Below the pieces are notes generated by a model that did not search any database, had not been told where the DNA came from, and saw nothing but the letters and a program-made list of their open reading frames with translations. Positions 26,406-39,771 of a stretch of DNA of 64,000 nucleotides are shown here, piece by piece; positions within the stretch are counted from its first letter, which is position 1; each line of letters opens with the position of its first letter. The stretch spans positions 6,448,001 to 6,512,000 of the forward strand of contig CM120647.1 in NCBI GenBank assembly GCA_051362555.1, read 5' to 3'. The position numbers and the translations under genes are program-made. The stretch comes from Lingula anatina. Lineage: Eukaryota; Animalia; Brachiopoda.

Positions 26406-28225
26406 TAAGATCATACGTACTGCGATGGAAGTCCGCTAGGAACCGTAGTCCGTTCCCTATTACTTCGTGAGGTGACATTCGTCCTATATACTAAACCTAA
26501 TACTCCGATCCACCCTAACCTGTCTTAATCATATGGGACCTAGCCGGCAATGAAACAATATCAATACGAGAACAAGAAAAAAGATAAATTTAGTAGGCAT
26601 TAGAGCAAGCAAGCTCTTGACTTACAATGTTATGCAGCAACGGTCTACCTTCTGTCACAACATCACACTTCCAGATGAATCAGAACAATCACTCTCTCAA
26701 TATCAACGCAGCTTTTCAACGTTAGATCAAGTCTATAAACGCTAATGTTTAAGCACAGCCCCTTACTCAACCACATACCCTCTATATTTTCCGATTTGAG
26801 TAGTTTCTTTGTTCTAGGGACGGCTCATCACCAAGTGTGACCACTGACCAGCATTTATTAATAGATGATCTATCTTTTCCTGTTGAATTATATAGGAGCA
26901 CCCAGTAACCGCCTTTCTCTCTATAAACGTATTCTGAATTTCTTTTCAATAATCTATGAATTTTTAATGCGATTTGAAAGCGGTTCGCAGGGATCAAAGG
27001 CGCTGAAATGTTACGACCTTTAACTTGCTGGTTGCGTGTGTTTGAGTGAAATAGCTGATGGGAAATTCTCACGGTGTGTGCAGGTGTGTCAGCGAGTACG
27101 TGCACGCGTGTTGTGTAATCATTTACGCGTGTGCGTGTATGCATGTTTCTGAGTTTAAGGTTATTTGTGCGTTTTGTGCGTAAATGTTTATGTGTGCGTG
27201 CTTGACGGTTGGAGTTTGTGTGTGCGCATACAAGTGTACAAGTGTACGTACAGGCGCACGCGCGTGTGTGTGTGTGTGCTTGCGTAAGAGAGAGAGAGAG
27301 AGAGATGCCTCATTACATTTAAGCAAATAATTTCATATCAACAAAGTACCGTCGTGCGATCATAACACCGTGCCTATGTGACCAAACTTCAACTTAAGAT
27401 ACAGTGGTCATTTAATTAAAGAGATAACTGACCGGTAGAGGTCCGCCCATCCCTTCTTTGCGCTATAGATTAATAGATAATTTAGCAATATACAGTATAT
27501 ACATTGTGACTAACAGGGGTGATTGGGATGGGGGGGGGGGGGGGGTAACTGCTTTTTTATCTATCAAATTATCATTTTTCCCTACCATCCGCCCTACAAC
27601 ATCTACTTCTATAATACACATGAAATAAAAATCTGCCAATCTCTATGTTAAATTTGATATCGATTTTCTTTTCCGTGAAATATTAGAATCTGAACGCGCA
27701 GTATTCCGTCCTGATAGTAAATGCCTCAGATAAGGTCGGAAATTAGAAAGGTTATCAATATAACCGTGTATAGAGCGGCGCTGTTATTATATTTGAGAAT
27801 ACCCTGGGGTTCATACTGTGTGGATTTGTATTAAATATGACCAAAAATGTTCAATCACTTGGTTAGATCATATATGATAACTATAAAACAAGCTGAAATG
27901 TTTTCGTACTTTCAGCTTATATGTATTAAGGTTGTATTAAACTTTGAGGCGACATGTCAATGACAGATATGGATCCAGGTGTCATGTCAATGACCAAGTC
28001 AGATGACATGTCAGTGGTGACATGTCGAAGGAAGATAACGGGACATAACGGGTTGTCATAATAGCTTCTTACACACCCCTTCTTCCCTTTCGTTTTATGG
28101 TAAGCGAAACGACACGATATCAAGCAATTCGTTATCTCTGTGGCTTAGGCCTACATATTACATTCTGCACTAAACCCTAGGTCCTTCATTGTTGTCTTCC
28201 TCATATAATAGGCCATTCTATTCGG

Positions 28226-28392
28226 CAGGGGCGGATTTAGGCCGTCTTCTGGGTCTTCTGGAAGACGGTCAGATTTTTAAGTTAACATTGACGGGTATCT
28301 ATTTTTTCTGTCGGAAGACGGTCAAAAATGGAGGATGGATCAACAAAGATAATTTGGAAGACTGTCAGAAAATATCTCTGGATCCGCCCCTG
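28226..28392. mobile_element. 167-bp MITE, TIR CAGGGGCGGAT, 5-bp TSD
   Basis: TTCGG|CAGGGGCGGAT..ATCCGCCCCTG|TTCGG. Confidence 0.9.
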
Positions 28393-29011
28393 TTCGGGGT
28401 TGCCAAATCCCATAAACGCTCTATTTTTACTGTTATCAGTAAATCCTTACCACTGGATAAAGCATGTGTCAGAAATGTATGTGCATACGGCACACGCACA
28501 CGCGCTCGCACGCACTCTCTTATAACACCAACGCCGATATTGCAGTCACGTTGTCGTACCATAAGCACGCACCGATCCTGAGCTTTTTTAAGACTTGTCA
28601 ACCAGCGAGAATAATATGACAGTATCGAATTACTATTTTGCCTTTTATAGGGGTCGAAACACGACAAAAAGACTGTAGACCAACCATCGCGTATAAAGAA
28701 ACCGGAAACAACAAACAATTCGAGGATCTAGACTTTAGTTCTGATGATGACACAAGACAAAAATAGATAACCGAGGACCATATAAGATTTGGCAATTTTC
28801 TGGGATGGTCGCGTCCTTAAAAGTCTGCAAAGAGACGCAGGTTATCAGACGAATTCCCCAGTAATGACGGGTGGTTGTGGCAAGACTGAGTCAACTTTCG
28901 TTATCAAGTACTTGTATTTTATCTTTAGGACGGAATTATTACCTCTAAGCTGATTTCTAGGCACAATTATAGTTTAACACGTATCTGTATAGCAATGAAC
29001 TGGTATGAAAA

Positions 29012-29050
<39 letters not shown>

Positions 29051-31178
29051 ACGCTGTTTTTCCTGTTTGTGTGTGTGTGTGTGTGTGTGAGATAGAGAGA
29101 GAGGAGGAAGAGAGGGAGAGATAGAGACTTATTGGCTGTACAAAACTCAACTTACATCGTCGATAACATACCTTACCATACATCTTGTACTTCCTGCACA
29201 TGTCACCGAACCGAAAATGTCCACAAAATCCTACCAAGATGAACAGTGATAATCGCACCTGTCTCAATTTTAATGTCTATAAGATTAACCATAACGGTAG
29301 ACCACCTCCGAACGGTCCGGTAATCCTACCTTCCATACGGGCCCATAAATTATAATCCACGTCAATAACTCATATCTTTTATCTTGAAACACGCCCTACG
29401 ATGAAATTTCATTTCAACCTACCTTCATATTCCTTTAACATTACATTTTAAGTGAATGAACTCCACCGACACTGTATCCTTATCCGTTTCCACAGGTGAC
29501 TTTAGTCTAAGTGCGCTACACCCAGTGCATGGGTCCCTAATGCAATAACAATGGACACCTACCCCCTGACTCTGCAGTGTAACATTTCATCCAATATTCG
29601 GCCGTTGCTATACAGCTATTTACGCGTGACATAATAGACGTAATTTCAAAACCTTAAGTTTTATAGAGACGGTCACTTTTGATTCAACTCGGTTTATTAT
29701 TCAGGTCCCGTTGAAAGCTTGTTACATTGTTTCTTTAACGAAGGCTGCACGGTGTTGATTTTTGGCTCGCCACAATAACGGGGAGTGAATGGCCCCGATT
29801 GAATTCTTTCGATGCGGATGATGAGCTTTTCTTTCAAATCCTTTAAGCTCTTTGAAAAGGAGGGTGTTGCATTTCAATAACTAGACTATATCATTTCCCT
29901 GTTAATCAACAAGTCCTATATTTGCCAAGGCTCGCCTGTTACTGTAGATCTGTCCTCAAATATTATTTTAAGTCTTGAAAATATTCATGTTCAGTGGCTT
30001 AAGGATATCAAAATGGGGCCCTCGTTGTGGATAACAAAGACCCGTGTGGCGTTCAGCTATTAATGCCATCAAAACATCCATGTTCAAGGGCCTATGTTCA
30101 TAAATACGATGAAAATATTGACCGTGACGTGGATAAGCGAAAAGTCGGTGGAGAATTTACTGAATTTCAACACAGTTGGGGTTAGGAGGGTTATGTATAT
30201 TAAAAGTGGCTAATGCGCTACGTTTTGGATTATTTTACAGCGTCTATTCTCAACGATCAACAGAATTCGACCTCCGGGTCAAAAAGAGCGTGCCCGCAAG
30301 CCAGGGGTCGGCTTTTTTCGCGGTGCGTTAACACCAAGGTGATTTGTTGGCAAATAAAGCGCATTCTTCTCGTCGATAAAAACCAATAAAGAAAACAAAG
30401 TCAAACAAAAGGATTTCTTTAAATTCGCTCCATGGTTAAAGTATAAAGAACATTTTTGTATCATTTTGGCGAACAAAAGGACCCCGGTTGGTCCTGCAGG
30501 AGGTTCGGATTTGAGACAGTTTAATGGATAATCTTTTTACAATGGAAGAAATGAAGTTCGAAGCCCAGGTGGTTTATGCTTTGTCGTTTTAAACGCCGAT
30601 TATTGCCTTTGTGGGATGTTTTTTTTTCGGTGGGGTAGGAAGACGGGTTTTCAATCCCAATTTTATCTGATTTACTGAGTTTTTCATTAAGTACTGACGT
30701 ACTATGAAAGTAAATTTAATGAACACAATTTTATTGTTAGTTGATTTACAGTTTTCCTCTGCTACGATAACGAAATTCGGGATAAGCCGTAAATGATAAA
30801 TAGTCCTCCGTAGAAATGTAATGTACGGGTATTACATCGCAGCGGTGGTCCCGTTACAATAAAAATGGTTTGAGTTCTTAAGTTATTTGTAACACAAATG
30901 TTCAATTGTTCTGGAAACCAATGTTATATTTGAAGGCATTACCTCCAATTATGATTATGAATTGGCATATATATCACATTTGATTGCAGATCAATTTGCC
31001 AATTTAACAAGGCACAAAATATAGTGATCCATTGCTTAACATGTTACATAAACGATTTGACAAATATCTGATCGTATTAATACTGAGCCACACGATAAAA
31101 TGCGTGGAATTCACATTAATAGTTGAAATTGAAGAAAGTGAAATTATCTAAATTGTGATAAAAGGATATCAATCATAC

Positions 31179-31217
31179 CTGCTACCATGGCAACCATATC
31201 AGGGTTGCTATAGAGAT
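31179..31217 (-). promoter_or_regulatory. Tandem RFX X-box-like sites next to a minus-strand splice donor; candidate first exon of the 21-25 kb gene
   Basis: GCTACCATGGCAAC at 31181-31194, GTTGCTATAGAGAT at 31204-31217, and CAG|GTATGA donor at 31178. Confidence 0.45.
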
Positions 31218-32112
31218 TTACCCGCTTTCATCTAACGCGACTCCAATATTATACGTGTCCATGTCCTTTCCACTTCAGTTTGTTCCAGGGGGCGGGGGCA
31301 GGATTGTTACAAAAATATATCAGTTATGATAAGCAGAGAAGCAGAGAATAAGGTCTTGTAATTACTGTCCTTGTTCCGCATAGTTCCCAGCTGCGTTGAG
31401 CTTCCCTTGTTCACTTGCTAGTGAGTAATTCCTCTTGATAGACAAGCCAGTGGAGATACGCATGTTAATCATATCACTCAGCTCAAAATCGCGTCTCTCG
31501 GGGTGGTTTTTGTTCTCTTCCAAGGCCGCCCCAGGGAACGGTCTTAGAGATGGCACGAGTTACTAATCATGCATTGTGTAATTAATACCCTCTCTCGCAC
31601 GGTCCTGGCGTCACTGTTATTTAAATATTATTTGTAGATAAATAATTGTACACCAGGAACGGCCTTCAAGGTTAATATTGACGAGTGTGTCTTTGGGTGA
31701 GATTATATTCATATGATCCGATCCAAACGTTACTGAAATGCCTGCGTTTCCCCCTCTACTAACCACCATGAGCAACAGAACTTCATCAATCTTTGCAAGT
31801 TACCGACTCTCATAATCGTATAGATTTTGATATCTATTGTTTGAAATATTAATAGGTCAAAAGTGAGACTCTGTGTAAAGCGAGCTCTAAAACACGCGTG
31901 ATTACATTAGCAACAACTGTATGAAATCAACACATTTCGTATCACTCTTTGGTTGCACGTATCAGGGTCATCGATCCGTGATCGATCCATAGAACAATAG
32001 ACAGATGTTAACACACTAGCGGATCAATAACCAATCGATCGGACTGGAATTGTTTGTTAATTATGAAATTGGACATATGATTTGTGTTGCTGCGTGGTAA
32101 AATATAAGACTA

Positions 32113-32335
32113 GGATGGGGTTCCCATAAACCTATCGTACTAGCAGGATCGATCTAACTCCGAGGGGATTTTCGTTAAATGACATTCAGTTTCAGCGGCT
32201 TAACTGTCTGTCACGCCCACTTAAGCCGCTAGGGGTTAATTACCTTTGGTGCACGCTTAAATTAAATGCAATATAGGGAGAAACCCCTTGGAGATAGATC
32301 GATCCTGCTAGTGGGATAGGGTATGGGAATGGTCC
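32113..32335. mobile_element. Divergent subfamily of the GATCGATC Harbinger-like MITE
   Basis: Long TIR CCCATAAACCTATCGTACTAGCAGGATCGATCT / AGATCGATCCTGCTAGTGGGATAGGGTATGGG. Confidence 0.75.
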
Positions 32336-32419
32336 TTAAGACGGTCAGATTTTTCTTTTCATTGGTGTTTGTGGACGTATTGTATTTTCATGAAGCATAC
32401 TTGTTTAAAATTATACAAA

Positions 32420-32456
<37 letters not shown>

Positions 32457-33409
32457 AATTGGTGAAAGGTACAAGGAACACTAATAGCAAAACGAATCGG
32501 GATCAAGATCTGGAAAATGTACTGTACTAGTATATTCGTGTTAAGACTAATTATAATATAATAATAATAATAATAATAATAATTTAAACATGAAAGGGTT
32601 TTTTCAAATAATTTCACTGGGTTTGTATCGAATAAACTAAAATGAAAAATGTTACTTTATGAAATCGTTTTACAAATAGGAAGAAAAGTCATCCAGAGAT
32701 CTCTAAACTATGTCACAATCACTGGTGTCACAACTAACACATTTACATACTTGACATAACTGCTGAGGACCAGTTGAAAAAAACATTTTAAGAACTCCTG
32801 GACTAATGAGCTTAGGCAGCTTAAATTGGATAGCCGGCTAAGTATGGTCGACTTAACCATATTAGTCTGACATTTTTCAGCAATGTTCGGTTTCTCGCAC
32901 GTTTTCTCGTCTCATATGACGTCACGCGGCGATTCCCATCACTAGTGCTTTTTCTGGGACATCAACAATAAAAAGTCAGCAGAGTAATTTTACAACCGTT
33001 TTATTTCCTACCCACATTGAGACATCCATAGCGCACAAAGTCGACTTAACAATATTGGTTAAACAAAGCACCAGACGACAGAAAAAAAAGGCAACTAATA
33101 TCCCATAATAATAAACACAAATACAAATAGGATGATAAATATTCATCTTTGTGCTGACTTTTATATAGCGCATAGCGCATAAAGTCGATTTAACAAAATT
33201 GGTCAAACCAAACACCAAACAATATCATATAAGACAAGTAATATCTATAAATAATAAACACAAATACAAATGGGAAGAAAACTATCCATCTTTGCGATGA
33301 CTATAAATATGTCACAACCGTTGGTGCTACACCTAACATACGAGTGATTACAAACAAGATGTGGCATGGGAAGCAAGTTAAACACCTCAAAGTGTTTCTG
33401 TAGGGCTAA

Positions 33410-33851
33410 GACCCCATTTCCATAGAATTTAGATCGATCTATCCCTGTGGGGAGTCTCACTAGATTACTGTCAGCTTAGCCGGCTTAAGCGTCTGTCCCG
33501 CGTACAAAAAGCTGTGAGGGGGTAATTAACTATGGTGCGCGCTCGCTTGACAGCTATTTAGCGTGAACCCCCAGGGAGTTAGGTCGATCTAAATCTTAAT
33601 CTCTGGATCGATCAAAATCTCTGGGAATGCACCCTAAGGGTCTATTCCCACAACTTTAGATCGATCTATCACCGCGGGGAGTCTCACTAGGTTACTGTCA
33701 GATAATCCCCCTTAAGTGTCCGTCCCCGCCTACTACAAGCTATAAGGGGTAATTAACTTTCGTGTCCGCCCGGCTGACAGCTATTTAGCGTGAACCCTCA
33801 GGGAGTTAGGTCGATCTAAAGTAGGTCGATCTAATCTATGGAAATGGGATG
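33410..33851 (-). mobile_element. Second head-to-tail dimer of Harbinger-like MITEs (33410-33634, 33638-33851)
   Basis: TAA at all three junctions; reverse orientation relative to the 26-kb dimer. Confidence 0.88.
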
Positions 33852-34383
33852 TAAGACTACATGCATCTTTATAAAACCAATTATTGTACTGTAAGTCCAC
33901 TTAACTATATTACAACAATATTGGTTTAAGGGGTTTTAAAAAAGATGCCAATTATAAGCAGACATAGCTTATTATCGGTAGCGAAAATTTCCGATTTAAT
34001 CTCTTAATTGTTATGTTGAAAATTGTCAGCCGAACCCAGTCTCAAATCCACAACTTGTTATAAGTACCGTACGTACCGTACGGCAAGAAGCGAAAACTTC
34101 AAGAGTCGAAGGTCCATCTTTTTTTTACTGGGATTTGGAATTTTTAATCTTTTATATAAAACAAAAAATAACAAAAAGATGACAATCATTATTAATAATA
34201 AATTATTAATAAACTAATGAATCGCCACCAAAAATCGAAGTGATTCTCAGTTTTGCCATTTCACCGTCACCCCATATGGTTTTATGAAAAGTCACCCATA
34301 ACTTTCGAGTTATGCTGTTAACTAACCTAAACCCTATGAAGGTAATAACATAACCTGCTTTATGGAAAAAAACCCTTCAGTGT

Positions 34384-34828
34384 TTAGTGGACATCTTGTC
34401 GCACAAACAGTAGATCTTGACCTCTTGGTTCTACTTCTTTATACATCCCGGTTCGAGTAAATACCCCTCTAATATCTATCAAAGCCTGACTGTAGTTTTC
34501 ACTAAGACGATGAACTTCTACCGTCCACATATCGACCGTTATTTTATCCCACGGGAAAGCTTGGAGAACCTCCAGCTCTGCTCCCTCTATGTCGAGGGAA
34601 AAAAAGTCCACGTGTGTCCGTCCAATGGTGCTTAAAAGCGTCTGGATCGGTAGGCAAAGCAGCCTGGTCGTTCCCCTAATAGGTCGGTTTTTGTTTATGG
34701 GGTTGATGGCTCCAGCATCTGCTCTGCTGGATAACGTGAAATCCAGCCACTTTGGTTTACTGGTAAGGCAGGACTGGACCACAAATGCCTTCCTGAAATT
34801 AAAGGTGTATATACCTTGTAATGGGATT

Positions 34829-34869
<41 letters not shown>

Positions 34870-34886
34870 GCACGTACACACACACG

Positions 34887-34931
<45 letters not shown>

Positions 34932-34950
34932 GTACACACACACGCACGCA

Positions 34951-34989
<39 letters not shown>

Positions 34990-36679
34990 GTACACACACA
35001 CACACGCACGCACACACACACACACACACACACATACACAAACTCACACACATGTATCTATCTATCTATGAGGCAATATGTAAACACTGTGTTTAAACAT
35101 TTTCAGGCCGTGGTCAAATGTGATTCTATCAATTTTATTTTGTAACTAACAGACAAAAGTGTGAAGGTTGAGTTAATCTACCCTCTTCCAGGGCCGCAGT
35201 TATTATTGGGGACATTTCTTGCTGACTGAGAGCCAAAATGACTGTCTATTTATCTAGAGACATATCTGTGAGTATATGTGGAAAGTCAATCTGTCGCCCT
35301 GGTAGAGGGTAGAGTTAATCAATGTTTGGCGGAGTGTGGTGTCGGAAGTTAATGCACACTAGGGCGCATTCCCATAGATTTTAGATCGATCTATCCCCGT
35401 GGGAGTCTCACTAGATAACTGTCAGATAATCCGGCTTAAATGTCCTTCCTTCCTACTACAAGCTGTAAGGGGGTAATTAACTTTCGTGTCCACTCGGCTG
35501 ACAGCTATTTAGCGTGAACCCACAGGGAGTTAGGTCGATCTCGTTGGATCGATCTCATCTCTGGGAATGGGGTCTAACAAATCCCCTACAAATACCCTCG
35601 ACAACGACCGGGGATTAAAGGAATACCAACGCTTCATTTCAGCCCCAAATATGGAATTTTTCTAGGTTAAAGGACAATTTCCCCAAAATTACCAATGGTT
35701 AATGAATCAGTCCCGACATTCGAAATTAGTGCCTGTTTTTTTTCTTAAACTTTGGTTTCTTGTGATAATATCTTCATAGGTTATAACAGGCGGTAGCCAG
35801 CCATCTATGGAGGCCAAGCGGTCCGATGGCAAACGCAGATTGCAGAAAAATAGCGATATTCTCTGGTTTGGTGGTAAAATTCTATTTCTATGAGTTGTTT
35901 ACCATGCATTTATTGTGGAATATGAATCTCATACGAAGAGTTGTTACCCCTTTAATTATGTGCCCTTTCCAGGGGCGGATTTAGGCCGTCTTCTGGGTCT
36001 TCCGGAAGACGGTCAGATTTTCAAGTTTACATTGACGGGTATCTAATTTTTTCTGTCGGAAGACGGTCAAAAAATGGAGGATGGATCAACAGATATAATA
36101 TGGAAGACTGTCAGAAAATATCTCTGGATCCGCCCCTGCTTTCCTCTAACGCGAGAGTGGTGTGTCACAGTAGAAAAATAAGCCATGATCTAACAAGCAA
36201 CACATCTGTGAATATCTAGTGAAAAATCAATCTATGGTCCTGCCACCGGTAGAGGGTATTACTCAAGCATGTTGTACAATCTATTTCCATCACATATGTA
36301 TGGGAGATTACTTTTATTGGGCCACAGATGTCATAGGTCATACATGTAATAAGCAACAAAGGTCACTTGTACATGTAAGAAGAGAGAATGGGATGTGAAG
36401 TTTCCTGTTGTAACCTTGACCGGTTTTGTATAAGATTGATAAAAATCTCATGCTAGTATGAGACACCGAGACAAGTGCAAGCATAAATTAATGTATAATA
36501 CTAAAAAGAAAAAGGTCTACACGTGCAATCACACACCTGCTTTTCACGACAAAAAGTTCAAAATGTTGGGGGTCTTGTTCTGCTTGAACTAATATTTTTA
36601 AAATGTATCACCTACTGGAACAAGTACATATATATACTTGTCCCACACACACAGACACACACACAGACACACACACAGT

Positions 36680-36716
<37 letters not shown>

Positions 36717-37242
36717 AGTACTAGAAAGAAATAGGTAAAGATGTGCAAACAAATTTCATGTTCATGTACCTGTTTTTCCTGACAAGCTTTTCAAAATTTT
36801 CGGGGTCTGGTTCTACCAGTATTCCAGTCCAGTTGCGAGATTTTTCAAAAAATAAAGAGTTGCTGGTCTTTTCTCCGTCCCAAGCGCCGGCCTCCACAAA
36901 GAAACCGTGCCGACGCTGGTGCAGAAATGTATCTACAACTTTACTTTGTCCGCTATGAGAATAATCCAGTGTGTTCGGTCTCTTAAGCCTCCGAGGCCCC
37001 AAAGAAGGTGCATAGAGCAGTCTGTGTCTCACAAACTCCAACAGCTTTGGATCCAGTGCGTCCATGTCTCCCGAGAGAAGACCTTGAAGAACCTCGGTAT
37101 CCGTATTGCTGCTTTCATCCAATTCAAATACGGAGGAAGGTCCATCACACTGGTTATTTTTACTGACGTAAAATTCCACCAGTATGCAAGCAGTTGTAAG
37201 GACTAGAATACATCGCAGGAGGAAAAGAATCTTTAAATGCAT
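34384..37242 (-). CDS. FkbM-family (Methyltransf_21, protein Star-like) type II membrane methyltransferase, copy A, 293 aa (exons 37242-36770, 34792-34384)
   Basis: N-terminal hydrophobic anchor; [28 protein letters not shown]; [17 protein letters not shown]; phase-2 GT-AG intron, 473+409 nt. Confidence 0.92.
34832..35052. repeat. Compound (CA)n/(CACG)n microsatellite
   Basis: Directly visible, intronic. Confidence 0.97.
35179..35311. mobile_element. About 130-bp MITE with TIR TACCCTCT.CCAGGGC; second copy at about 48808-48930
   Basis: TACCCTCTTCCAGGGC .. GCCCTGGTAGAGGGTA; inverted homolog in the copy C intron. Confidence 0.7.
35362..35574 (-). mobile_element. Harbinger-like GATCGATC MITE in the copy A intron
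   Basis: Homologous to the other copies; TAA at the right end. Confidence 0.85.
35970..36138. mobile_element. CAGGGGCGGAT MITE with 5-bp TSD CTTTC
   Basis: CTTTC|CAGGGG..CCCCTG|CTTTC; absent from the paralogous copy B intron (about 41880). Confidence 0.9.
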
Positions 37243-37510
37243 TTTCTGCAAAAAGAAAAAAAATAATAAGAATAATTATACGACTGGCTGTTATGGTCGA
37301 TAAACAAACAGATAATCGAAAATAAAAAGAAAATGGAAATGTGCTATCTATTGTAATAAAAAAGAGATTGCGCACACGGCTACGCTGCAGCAGAAAGAAT
37401 TCGGTATTACCATTTGGTTACAAGACATATTTATTAGTAATTTGACCCAATATATAGATATAGGTGTTTTACCTTAATCATTCCGGCATATTTTGCAACA
37501 TTTTCCTACT

Positions 37511-37544
<34 letters not shown>

Positions 37545-37895
37545 GGGTCTTTTGCGACCCTATGACATTATTGCTGAATTACAAGTTTTTTTTGCAAATA
37601 GCTTTTGGGTAAATCAATAAACATAATGCACATTGCTGGGGAGGTTCAATACTATTCCATACTGATATAGGTAATTTTAGAACATAAATTTTTCATGTCA
37701 AAGTAAAAACTTTTCTTTGTTTACAGCACAAGTTCTGTTGATATACTAAAGAAAGCTAGCGCTGTGCATCATAACACATCATAACATACGCTCTTAGTTG
37801 TTAAAAACAGAAACAAAGGTGAAACGTTTTTTGTTTCAAAACTGATTTTATGACAAACGCACATTTCACTGCGGTTAATCTCAGAATAAATTAGA

Positions 37896-37946
<51 letters not shown>

Positions 37947-38837
37947 TTTAGATGCACCACTTATATGCAAACTGTTCACAGCAGTCAATGAGTGCTAGTA
38001 TACAATCTACAGGGTCCACAGATGTTTTTTTTTCACTCAATATTCAACATATATGCGACTGGTTAATTCTGTGCACCTCTATCTTGTATCCGATGAAGTT
38101 TTTTGTATTGATTTGATCAGTCATTTGGCCATTGTTTCAAAAAAATCGCCGGACATTCGACCCTTGCTTCGGTTTGCCTAAATGGAACATTATTATACTT
38201 GGATACTTGCTTCAATACGGTTACAGCAATCAGGAGAAAGATAAACTAATATACGGGTATATAAATTTTCATCCAGCTGTGGTTTCTTTATTTGCCTGAT
38301 GTAAATCGAATCATATACTGTAACCTACTTTCCCGAGGAGGAATTCCACGAGGAACTAGAAGGAGGAAGCCAAACTATATGTCCGTAAGTTTTCGTTCTT
38401 TAATGCACAGACAGGATTGTAACAGAAAATTAATCTGATCATACTTACGGCTGGGTCTCGTAGACTCTCTGTCACACAGCAGCTTCTAAAGCCACAAATT
38501 ACAGGTAAACCACTCAAATATCTTCTACAGGGCTTGACAAAAGTTCAGGGTCGCTTCTTCAGTATTAAAGGCTTACAAGACAAGATTATATAAAAGTTGG
38601 TGCCAATACGGTTACATCCTTTTGGAAATGCCTTTCCTAGCCCATTGCAAGGATGTATGTAAGCTGCACGTCTTTTAATAAAATAAAAGCTTTGAAAGGG
38701 AAATACAGTTACTAGATAGGCCTATAGTGCCATTGTAAAGATTTTGGGAACAAAAAGGAAGGATATTAATTCTTTGCTATGAAATCCCAGAGGTGCATTG
38801 CTTTTGCCACGTCTGTAGATGCCCATATATTATCAGT

Positions 38838-38871
<34 letters not shown>

Positions 38872-39404
38872 TTTATCAGCTGTAGTGAAATAAAACAAGA
38901 ACGTGGGTACTTGTAAAGAGTTTAACATTTCATTTGACGAATGTTGGTGAGAATTCTAGAAGGAGAGAAAGAATAATTTTGGTTTTCAGTGAGTAAAAAT
39001 AAGTAAATATTAAAAAAAAATTAAAAATACCTGATATTATTGAAATTGTAATTGGGTTATCAGTGAGCACATTTATTCATTTATTAATCCTTTTATTTAT
39101 ATAAAAAAAAACGCCATTTTAATTTTTGCACGAATTGCACTAGCCAGCATGTAGGTACATGTTCATTTGTGCTAGTACAGTGCTACCTGCATTTCTTACT
39201 GACATGTAAAAAAGGTATTGTGAAAAATATTTCCACATTTATACCAATGGACATTAATTTACTAATCTTAATTTCATCTTTTTATTATTTAATTAATTTT
39301 ATAAGAAATAACACGTTGATTTTAAATTGAATGTACTTTTTGAAAACCGGGCCAACTTATTTGTTTGACTTTATATGTATTATTATCTGTTTCTTAACAT
39401 GAAT

Positions 39405-39449
39405 CATCATCATCATCATTCCTCTGCGTCCCGTGTGGGATATAAGGTC
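39405..39449 (-). mobile_element. Very short RTE-like LINE 3' end with (ATG)n tail
   Basis: Reverse complement reads GACCTTATATCCCACACGGGACGCAGAGGAATGATGATGATG. Confidence 0.45.
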
Positions 39450-39566
39450 TTAAGATGAAAATAACTAAAAAATTCTAAAATGTTAAAACAGCAGAGGTGT
39501 ATAAAGATAATTATTTCCACATTTATACCCACTCACATTAGATAATTTAGAGTGGTAGTGCTGTTA

Positions 39567-39771
39567 CACCCCATTTCCATAGATTAAATAGACCTACTTT
39601 AGATCGACCTAACTCCCTGGGGGTTCACGCTAAATAGCTGTCAGCCGGGCGGACACGAAAGTTTAATTACCCCCTTACAGCTTGTAGTAGGCGGGACGGA
39701 CATTTATCTGAAAGTAATCTAGTGAGACTCCCCACGGGGATAGATCGATCTAAATCTATGGGAATAGAGCC
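39567..39771 (+). mobile_element. Harbinger-like GATCGATC MITE
   Basis: Homologous to the other copies; TTA/ATA flanks. Confidence 0.85.

Noticed and set aside
34589-35096. His/Thr- and Cys/Val-rich ORFs (also near 5147-5487, 17931-18203, 28974-29267)
   Set aside because: These are translations of (CA)n/(GA)n microsatellites in introns or intergenic DNA.
37511-37542. 32-nt poly-G as a functional G-quadruplex
   Set aside because: G/C homopolymers are scattered throughout the window and their length is unreliable.
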